A DNA stretch of 64,000 bases from a virus. Its lineage: Duplodnaviria; Caudoviricetes. A model generated the notes under the pieces. That model saw only the letters and a list, made by a program, of their open reading frames with translations. It searched no databases and was not told where the DNA came from. Positions within the stretch are counted from its first letter, which is position 1, and each line of letters opens with the position of its first letter. Position numbers and translations under genes: made by a program. The stretch covers positions 160,001-224,000 of the IMG/VR virus record IMGVR_UViG_3300031998_000003, one strand, 5' to 3'. Shown piece by piece: positions 56,291-64,000 of the stretch.

Positions 56291-59200
56291 ATGAGTATGG
56301 ATAAAGTCCAGTTGAAACAGGAAGAACTGTTAGACGGTCAAGTTGTGCTCTCTGACATTAATCCTGTTACAAACACGAAATCCATCGAAGACTCTGCGAA
56401 CGGGTTACCCATGACAGAGACAATCTCGAGAATGTGGTCAGCGATCAATAACAAACTTTCTCGACATGTTAACTCTGTGAATGGTCGAACCGGTGTCGTC
56501 GTTCTGACTTCGGAAGACGTTGGTCTTGGAAATGTTGACAACGTATCATATGAAGAGATCAAACAATGGGTTCTCGATACGTTCGATGAGTTGTTCGGAG
56601 AAGGTCATTTTCGACTGTATGCATCTATCACGGAGGCGAAGGTTGATGCAGCTGCACATGGGAAAGAATACAACAATGTTCCGTTCTATGCAAAGTCTGG
56701 TGAACCGATCACCAAAGATATTGATGGTGTTACTCAGTTAATCCAGGATTATCGTGCATATATCGGTTATTTCGTGTGGAATGCTTCGACCGGTCATGTT
56801 GATATCGGAGATATGAAGGCAATCAACGTTGTCGGTTGGTCGGATAATTCTATTGTCTATGTGAAAGACGAAGATGAAACATTCCGTGGTAACACGACAA
56901 CTCTTCCAATTGGTGGTATCGGCGTAAACATCCATGTGCAAGAAGATGCTTTGTTCGTTCGTAATCCAGATGGAATCAAGAGTGAATCCGGTTTGGCCAT
57001 CGATAAATCTAAAGTCGTTCCGAGAGTCTATTATTTCAGTCAAATATACAGAGGACATGATACAACATACACGAATCCAGAGCATCCGGATAATGTGTAT
57101 ATTAATAGCGCACATAATGGATTTCTGTGGGACGAGGGTCAAGGTGCTTCGTACAAAGGTCCTGAAATATCTATTATGATCGACGGTGTGACTGCCAGCG
57201 GTACACATTATCTTCAATTAGATTCAGCATATCATGTTGCCGACTACCGCGTTGGTGACCTGATTATATGTAATTTCAATGGTGAATTCAGTGATCGTGG
57301 TACTGAATCAGATGTGCGGTTAGTACCGGAACAAAGCGACAAACAATTTGTGTTCAGAAACACGAGCATTGGTGTTATCACATCAGCGCCGTCACTCGAT
57401 CATCCAGACGATCCATACAGCGTGTCCTTCAACGCAATTTTACCACGTGTTGGTTATGGATTGCGTTTGATCGATACACACCAAGACGATGTTGTGCAAG
57501 ATAAAGAAATTGCGTTGTATATCGCCAACAGTGGTAATTCAACTCCTGTGTTTAACGCAACTCCGTTCAATACTCGAAAAGACATGAATACTGAACAGAA
57601 TCCATCTGGAGTAAAAGACCCACTCAGTATTAGCTGGGGTCCACATATCACTGTTCCATGGGATTTTGACGAAGGTGGAAGCTCAGGCAGACGAGTGACG
57701 ATAAAAGGTGGTCTGCTCATGGAAATGGACAGAACATTGTGTATTATGCCAATGAATATGGTCCGCGCCGGCAACCGAGCCACCGATGACGACGGTCCAA
57801 TGGGTGCTGAATACACTTTCATGTTTGATGGTGACCCAGGCGAACGCACGACACGTCCGTACGGATCCCGTATTGCTGGAAACTGGCATCACCCTTATAT
57901 CTATCATGATGATGATGATCCCACCGAAGCTTACAGTAATAACAAAACATTGCTCAGTGTGAATTTAACAAAAATCATACGAGAAGATACAGTCACATCA
58001 CACGGTTCATATCGTTCGTTCTATAATATGTCAGGTCTTCGCGTTGACTGGGGTACTGATGTTGCATATAATGGTGGAGATGAAACGCACAACAATACAA
58101 TTGTTGAAGGTTTACACAATATCACCAATGCATTTAGTACAGAAAATGGACGAAATTATTTCGGTTTGGTTGACGGATATGATAGTGCTGGAAGTCCATA
58201 TAAAACTTTAGTACCAGATTTTCTGGGTAAAGAGAATGGTACTAATTATATGAGATTCAGTGGTGGTATATCTGTAAATATCGGTCGATTTTTGGAGATA
58301 AGGCCTGCAGTCACATATAACTCACAAGAATATTACGACTGCGGTAAAGTTCAACTTCGTGCTGGTCATGGTACTGAGGAGACAACGTGGTATCGAATCA
58401 TGCTAAGACCCGGCGATAGATGGAATGTCAACATATTTATTGATAGACCTTACACCGATTGGAGCAGTTTTATGAAGATTTGGGATGCTGATCCTGAAAA
58501 TACTGATCCAGATTATCAATTCTTCTGTGTTCCAAAATTCGTTGCGAATTTCCTTCTCCAACCCGGTACCAAACACCCAATTGGCTACGATGACTGGTTG
58601 TGTGACGAGGAACCTTTCCTCAGAAACAATATCATCGATGTTCCGACAGTATCGGAATTCGAACTTATCGAAGACAGTTATTTCCCATTGACAGATGAGG
58701 AACCACCAGTGAACTGGTTCGCTGGTACATACACTTCATATTTTGCGAAAGATGCGTCGACTGACACATTCTCTCGTATTGAAGGTATACCGGATCCAAG
58801 ATACACTCCAAGTGGATTGAGAGGTCCGGATTATCACGCAAATAAATATTACAGATTCGCCCCACCTGAATGGCCAGTATCTATTCCAGTTAGTTCATCT
58901 GATGAGAGCTTCGATGCCTACAACGTTACATTCCCGGATGATACGACACAGTCTCCGTTTGATGTTGTTGTTACTGCAAAATACGCTGGTGGCACAAGAG
59001 AATATCATGAGATATTCTTCACGAAACAAGGTGACAAATATGTTCCAGTCAATTTCACAGTAACAGATGTAATTGATGAATATCCGACTCCTGACAGACA
59101 ATTCTCTGGTTATGTGTGGCATAAAACATCACCGGAATTTCAACCTGGAACATTCTATCGGCTGAAACGGAAGCGTGTTGATCCAGAGATTCTTGCCGCA

Positions 59201-61372
59201 GACTACGCAATTGTATGGAAACAGCCGACAAACCGTCTCGGATTTAAACCAGACCGTGAAACGCTTAAGATCAACCCGGATGGATCGGTTGGTGTTCTAA
59301 CTGCTGTGACGCAATACAAAAAGGGATCTGTATATCACAAGAATCAGATGGTTGAATCTGGTGGTAAGGTCTATATCTGTATCAAGGACTATTTGTCGTC
59401 AACATATGACAAAAATGTTCATGACACTGTCATTGCGGAAAACATGCCATCCATGTACACAGATACACCGACATATGTATCACCCGACATGTATGGTGCG
59501 ACAGATGATATCTATTATGCGGAGTCAGTTCAAAGGGATATGGAGCTTGGTTATCTGAGCAACAGATTCTCAATGGAAGCTGTTGTAGAATGGGAAGCGG
59601 GTCAATCATATGCATATGGACAACTGGTTCAATACATGGGTTACCTGTATCTTGTCATCAAGAGCTACGGTGATTACAAGTCAATCTCGATCGAAGATGA
59701 CATCGATAACGGCTATCTGAGCGATGCGTTCAATACTGGTAAACGTAAGATCATGTATTTCCGTGATGTACGTGGAAGAACGTTTGAATTTGACCCAATG
59801 GGTACAATCAAACAGCGCAACAACGAAGAGAAGTATGCGAATGATCCTGCAAAACTGAAACGCATTCGCGAATACGAATACGTGAAGCTTGGCCCTGGTC
59901 TACGTATCACCGGTGGTTCACTCCCGCCCGAGGTTGAATGCAATAGAACAGAACTTAGAGCTTCGCTTCTTGAAGAAGTTGAACGTATTTCCGTTGCAGA
60001 AGAAATCATGTATGCTCGGACACTGGATCCAACATTCGGCTGCTCCTCCAAGTTTGAATATCAAGATAATGCTGTGATGAATGCTGATCCATTTGTACCT
60101 GGTCAACAATATCATCTCGGAAAACTGCTGAGATTCGGTTCATATGTTTATATGTGTATCAAGAACTATGATGCGGATCCTGACAATCAGTATTATGCAT
60201 CAGATTCGGCGGTTACTGACATGGAAAATGGTTATCTGACAACATATGACAAGATCTATGATAATGCCGGAACAATTGAAGGACTCACTTCAATTGAAGA
60301 TGTTATTAACATGGATGAATCGTTCCTTGCAACAATCGAAACCGTTGGTGAGAATGTTGATGAAGCTATTATCAAGAATACTATTTTGAGCAAAGATAGT
60401 ACCTTGGTTGAGCTCCGTACTTTCAAGGCAACACTCGATACAATTCGGATGCAACTTGAAGATCCAAATGTATTCTTCCCGATGAACAAAGAATTCTTGT
60501 TGGATGACTGGAGAACTCTGCAAAATCGTGTTCGTGCGATGGTTCTCACAGCAAACAACAAAAAAGATTCGACAGAGTTGTATCAAGAGCTGGTCCAGAA
60601 ATGGTTTGGTAATGGTTCAACTGTTCAGCCAACATTCAAAGCAATTCAAGCTGCAACCAGTGACTTCATCAAGGTCGAGATTCGTACGCTCGAGTGGTTG
60701 TTTACCACATGGGCTACGAAAGTCAGAAACTCTTCCGAACTTGCTGCTACATTCATCGACGATCAGAACAACAATAAGTGTGACTATTGTGCATGTGGTG
60801 ATTCCGATGTTATCTGCAACCACGAGTGTGCACACTGCACTAAGAATCCTGAGAACAATGAAAACGCTTACTGGGCATATGTCCAAGTTGACGTTGGTGA
60901 TACACATGACGCTGTTGTTTACGATAGCCTCAACACTGAGACACATCGTGAACTCTTCAGAATTCCATATGGTACTCGTACAGTCTGTATTCCACTCAAT
61001 GCTTCTGCTGACTGGGTTAAGGTTGCACTCAACGGACAGGTTGGATATGCTCTCAAGTCTAGCTTCAAATTGGCTCAAGTGTTTAGTCAGGTTCCTGAGA
61101 CAGTCATCACAGCATCTGTCAATATCTTTGACACATATGACGCAACAGGCCGTGGTATCACGCTTTATAATGACAACATGACTGTATCTGATGAGACAAA
61201 GATTGGTGTATTCCATACCTATGTGACAAACATCCCGAGAAGCACGGTACAACCTGATGAACGTGGATGGGAGATTCTGAATAGCGATTGGACGCAGATC
61301 ACTCTCATGAATGATGACGGTAATGGATATACAACTGGCTACGTTGAGACAGCTAGAATGATTTTCACGTAA
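56291..61372 (+). CDS. large tail fibre/adhesin with CBM5/12-like repeats and C-terminal SH3b-like domains
   Basis: VNSVNGRTGVVVLTSEDVGLGNVDN fibre motif; three Y/W-x-x-G-x-x-Y...VY repeats; DWVKVALNGQVGYA SH3b-like segment. Confidence 0.7.
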   Translation: MSMDKVQLKQEELLDGQVVLSDINPVTNTKSIEDSANGLPMTETISRMWSAINNKLSRHVNSVNGRTGVVVLTSEDVGLGNVDNVSYEEIKQWVLDTFDELFGEGHFRLYASITEAKVDAAAHGKEYNNVPFYAKSGEPITKDIDGVTQLIQDYRAYIGYFVWNASTGHVDIGDMKAINVVGWSDNSIVYVKDEDETFRGNTTTLPIGGIGVNIHVQEDALFVRNPDGIKSESGLAIDKSKVVPRVYYFSQIYRGHDTTYTNPEHPDNVYINSAHNGFLWDEGQGASYKGPEISIMIDGVTASGTHYLQLDSAYHVADYRVGDLIICNFNGEFSDRGTESDVRLVPEQSDKQFVFRNTSIGVITSAPSLDHPDDPYSVSFNAILPRVGYGLRLIDTHQDDVVQDKEIALYIANSGNSTPVFNATPFNTRKDMNTEQNPSGVKDPLSISWGPHITVPWDFDEGGSSGRRVTIKGGLLMEMDRTLCIMPMNMVRAGNRATDDDGPMGAEYTFMFDGDPGERTTRPYGSRIAGNWHHPYIYHDDDDPTEAYSNNKTLLSVNLTKIIREDTVTSHGSYRSFYNMSGLRVDWGTDVAYNGGDETHNNTIVEGLHNITNAFSTENGRNYFGLVDGYDSAGSPYKTLVPDFLGKENGTNYMRFSGGISVNIGRFLEIRPAVTYNSQEYYDCGKVQLRAGHGTEETTWYRIMLRPGDRWNVNIFIDRPYTDWSSFMKIWDADPENTDPDYQFFCVPKFVANFLLQPGTKHPIGYDDWLCDEEPFLRNNIIDVPTVSEFELIEDSYFPLTDEEPPVNWFAGTYTSYFAKDASTDTFSRIEGIPDPRYTPSGLRGPDYHANKYYRFAPPEWPVSIPVSSSDESFDAYNVTFPDDTTQSPFDVVVTAKYAGGTREYHEIFFTKQGDKYVPVNFTVTDVIDEYPTPDRQFSGYVWHKTSPEFQPGTFYRLKRKRVDPEILAADYAIVWKQPTNRLGFKPDRETLKINPDGSVGVLTAVTQYKKGSVYHKNQMVESGGKVYICIKDYLSSTYDKNVHDTVIAENMPSMYTDTPTYVSPDMYGATDDIYYAESVQRDMELGYLSNRFSMEAVVEWEAGQSYAYGQLVQYMGYLYLVIKSYGDYKSISIEDDIDNGYLSDAFNTGKRKIMYFRDVRGRTFEFDPMGTIKQRNNEEKYANDPAKLKRIREYEYVKLGPGLRITGGSLPPEVECNRTELRASLLEEVERISVAEEIMYARTLDPTFGCSSKFEYQDNAVMNADPFVPGQQYHLGKLLRFGSYVYMCIKNYDADPDNQYYASDSAVTDMENGYLTTYDKIYDNAGTIEGLTSIEDVINMDESFLATIETVGENVDEAIIKNTILSKDSTLVELRTFKATLDTIRMQLEDPNVFFPMNKEFLLDDWRTLQNRVRAMVLTANNKKDSTELYQELVQKWFGNGSTVQPTFKAIQAATSDFIKVEIRTLEWLFTTWATKVRNSSELAATFIDDQNNNKCDYCACGDSDVICNHECAHCTKNPENNENAYWAYVQVDVGDTHDAVVYDSLNTETHRELFRIPYGTRTVCIPLNASADWVKVALNGQVGYALKSSFKLAQVFSQVPETVITASVNIFDTYDATGRGITLYNDNMTVSDETKIGVFHTYVTNIPRSTVQPDERGWEILNSDWTQITLMNDDGNGYTTGYVETARMIFT

Positions 61373-61396
61373 TGAGTTTAGGAGGGACATTGTAAC

Positions 61397-63016
61397 ATGA
61401 TACAATTCACAATTAAACTCAGACCGGACTTGTATGTGAAATCTGAGAATAACAAGATTACTGTTAAGATTTCGCCAAAAGCGTATAATGGTCTGAAAAT
61501 TGAAGGTGATGGATTGTTCATGGAAGATCAATGTGGGTTCAATGATGATGGATTCATCGACCAATCCGGAGATGGACTCCGGATTGGTTTCGATGGTCCT
61601 TATTCTGAATTGAAAGAAGACGGTAGCTATCCCAAACCGGGAATGATTGCTGCAGATACGGTCGTTCATCACATTTATACCATGAACAGTGACCTGAAAA
61701 CACTGGATGGATATCGGAGCGTGGATTGCATTCTTCCCGGAGATATCATCCGTGTTCCGAAAGCCGCGCTTGTTGAACAGGCTGCACAAGAAGAGCTTGA
61801 TGGTATTGGTGCTGTTGAAGAAGCGAATGAACTAGCTGAGGAAACCACCTCACGCGGTGTTTCATTGACTACAGGATTCAAACCTCGACTCGAAATCCCC
61901 GCAAACACAAATAAGTTCTACATTCTAAAAGGTAATGGAGGATATTCACCATGTATTCCAGGTAGTCCGTTACATCCAAAACTGACTGCTCTGAACAACT
62001 GTGTCGGTTATGCCTGCGGACGTTTCCATGAAATCGATAATCGTACGCAGATGGACTATTATGTTCCACGAAATCCACCGCCAACATTCAGAGATGTCAA
62101 AGCTGCTGGAAAACTGGAGACTGGAACAGAACCAAAAGTTGGAGCAGCTGTATGTTGGACTCACGGTGGCGATAGTGGTCATATCGCCATTGTTGAAAAA
62201 GTTACCAGAGATTCCAATGGAAAAGCTACCACAATTGTCACATCCGAATCTGGATACGGTTGTCAGAATTCATTCTGGACAACAAATCGTGAACGTGGTA
62301 ATGGTGGTTGGGGAAGCACGCTCGTTGGTTTCTTTTATCATCCAAATGTGAATGCTGATGGATATGATGAAGAGACTGGTGAAGATGATGCTAAGACACA
62401 CTATGTTCCAATCAATGCTGTCAAATACAGTGTTAAGGAAGAAAATGGTGCATACTACATCTATGACGGTAGTACGAACACTGGTATTGTCATTGTCAAT
62501 AAGAGCTACAAGCATTCTAAGAATTTCGCAAATGGTGTCAATTCTGAAGCACAAAAAGCACTCAGCGAAATGCAAGCTGCTGCGAAAAGCGCTGGAATTA
62601 GCCTTCCGGTTGCATCTGGTTACAGAAGTTATTCTTCACAGAAATCCATATTCGAGAATTATGCCAAAAGCGAAGGCGGCGGTTCACAAGGTTATACAAA
62701 AGCTGAAGCATATTCAGCAAGACCTGGTCACTCCGAACATTCTACTGGATTGGCATTTGACCTTGTGAAAGCTAGCAGAAGTATCAATGGCTCCAAAGAA
62801 ATGAAATGGATTCTTGAGAATTGTTGGAAGTATGGCTTCATAAATAGATATCCAGCTGGTAAGCAGGATATTACTGGATATGATCGTGAAGACTGGCATG
62901 TCCGCTATGTCGGAAAAGAATGGTCCAAGAAGATCTATGATTCTGGTCTGTGTTTGGAGGAATACTTTGGTCTTCCTTCCATGTATACATCAGACTATGA
63001 TTCATCCAAGTATTGA
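61397..63016 (+). CDS. peptidoglycan hydrolase: CHAP domain + M15B (VanY-like) peptidase, probably virion-associated
   Basis: CHAP NCVGYACGR...PKVGA...GHIAIVE; M15B SGYRSY..Q, ARPGHSEHSTGLAFD, EDWHVRY. Confidence 0.9.
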   Translation: MIQFTIKLRPDLYVKSENNKITVKISPKAYNGLKIEGDGLFMEDQCGFNDDGFIDQSGDGLRIGFDGPYSELKEDGSYPKPGMIAADTVVHHIYTMNSDLKTLDGYRSVDCILPGDIIRVPKAALVEQAAQEELDGIGAVEEANELAEETTSRGVSLTTGFKPRLEIPANTNKFYILKGNGGYSPCIPGSPLHPKLTALNNCVGYACGRFHEIDNRTQMDYYVPRNPPPTFRDVKAAGKLETGTEPKVGAAVCWTHGGDSGHIAIVEKVTRDSNGKATTIVTSESGYGCQNSFWTTNRERGNGGWGSTLVGFFYHPNVNADGYDEETGEDDAKTHYVPINAVKYSVKEENGAYYIYDGSTNTGIVIVNKSYKHSKNFANGVNSEAQKALSEMQAAAKSAGISLPVASGYRSYSSQKSIFENYAKSEGGGSQGYTKAEAYSARPGHSEHSTGLAFDLVKASRSINGSKEMKWILENCWKYGFINRYPAGKQDITGYDREDWHVRYVGKEWSKKIYDSGLCLEEYFGLPSMYTSDYDSSKY

Positions 63017-63027
63017 GGTGAATGTCT

Positions 63028-64000
63028 ATGACTGAATATGAATTTCGCCTTGTCACACAAGTAACACGTGGAGAAGAAGGTTCAGGGTTCATGGGCAACA
63101 TGGTACTGGACTATGTCGTACTTGGATCATGGACCGATACGGATACAGATACTTCAGATACAACCGGTGAATTAAACCTTGAAGTTATGAATTCAGATCT
63201 CGCACGTGAAGCTATGGCAAAAGCCAACACTAGACACGTCAAAGTTATCATACCTGGCGGCATCAATCTTCGCAGCTCACCAAATGATGAGACTGCTGAT
63301 AATATTATTGGAACGATTCCTCTTGATACTGAACTCGATGTTGTATTGTTGAACGAATCCGAGGTATGGGTATCAACAACTTACGATAATAAATCAGGCT
63401 ATATCAAGATTCGTTCCGGAAATATCCCATTCGTTCAGGAGGTTGAAAAGACCAAGGAGATTTCATATTATGAACTCCTGTTGTCAAAACCTGCTGATTG
63501 GGAAACGAATTATACATCATATTTCACGAGAAACATAGATGGCACATTCTCTCCTGTTGAAGGGGTACCTGATCCAGATACACCAGTTACACCAGAAACC
63601 CCGGCGGAAACTCCATCCGAAGATACACCGAGTGATGATCAAAGTGAAACTCCGTCCGAAAATAGCGATGAGACTCCTGCTGAAAATCCTCCTAGCACAG
63701 CTGGAACAGTTGCACCTCCTTGGAAGGAAAACAAATACTATCGTTACATTCAAAATCAGCAGACTGATGGTGAGATCACAACTGGTGCATTGATCAAGAT
63801 CAAACAATCTGCTGAGAATTATTATAACTTACAAGTTGCAATTCCACAGTGGGTCAAAGAACAGAACTGGTATGTTTTGTGTATAACGAACAGCGAGCGT
63901 GTTGTTATTGATGCTTCCGAAGACGGTAAAAATCATATCATGTCACCGGTTCATATCAAAGACTGTGAGCTTATCCGGGCTCCAGGTACATCTACGAACG
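63028..64000 (+). CDS. SH3b-domain cell-wall-binding protein, truncated by window end (not in ORF track)
   Basis: Open from ATG 63028 (GAGGTG SD) to end; INLRSSP...IIGTIP...WVSTTYDNKSGYI SH3b; later IPQWVK...RVVID SH3-like module. Confidence 0.8.
   Translation, partial: MTEYEFRLVTQVTRGEEGSGFMGNMVLDYVVLGSWTDTDTDTSDTTGELNLEVMNSDLAREAMAKANTRHVKVIIPGGINLRSSPNDETADNIIGTIPLDTELDVVLLNESEVWVSTTYDNKSGYIKIRSGNIPFVQEVEKTKEISYYELLLSKPADWETNYTSYFTRNIDGTFSPVEGVPDPDTPVTPETPAETPSEDTPSDDQSETPSENSDETPAENPPSTAGTVAPPWKENKYYRYIQNQQTDGEITTGALIKIKQSAENYYNLQVAIPQWVKEQNWYVLCITNSERVVIDASEDGKNHIMSPVHIKDCELIRAPGTSTN

Noticed and set aside
1-64000. Alternative genetic code (the gene ends I checked use TAA or TGA, not TAG)
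   Set aside because: All recognisable genes are full length in code 11 with no in-frame TAG/TGA breaks, so this is TAG avoidance rather than evidence of recoding

Overview
This is a 64 kb segment of a large contractile-tailed (myovirus) jumbo phage of the phiKZ/AR9/PBS1 type, i.e. one encoding its own split multisubunit RNA polymerases. The host is probably a Gram-positive Firmicute (likely Clostridia), inferred from strong AAAGGAGG ribosome-binding sites and SH3b, CHAP and M15B cell-wall domains. Recognisable non-structural genes: a tubulin/FtsZ-family GTPase, a UvsW-like SF2 helicase interrupted by a class-3 (Ala1, WCT) mini-intein, three RNAP subunit pieces (beta C-half, beta-prime N/catalytic part with DYDGD, beta-prime C part), a GyrB/ParE subunit, a FEN/PIN-like protein and a BCS1-like AAA ATPase. 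Recognisable virion and assembly genes: portal, terminase large subunit, tail sheath and tube, baseplate proteins, several tail fibre/adhesin genes and a CHAP+M15B hydrolase. Two phage promoter-like motifs recur in intergenic DNA: TATAT[TC]ATT before non-structural genes and AC-N6(7)-RTAA before structural genes. The most unexpected signal is five ORF-free, strongly base-paired intergenic segments (12.5-12.9 kb, 30.9-31.0 kb, 51.4-51.65 kb) lying between these promoter motifs and terminators. Four of them carry anti-Shine-Dalgarno segments, three of those also with an anti-AUG segment, and one is complementary over about 23 nt to the translation-initiation region of the peptidoglycan hydrolase gene. 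A probable -1 frameshifted tail-assembly-chaperone pair and a portal insertion rich in possible head-protease sites are also visible. All functional calls come from motif recognition by eye; no database search or folding program was run.
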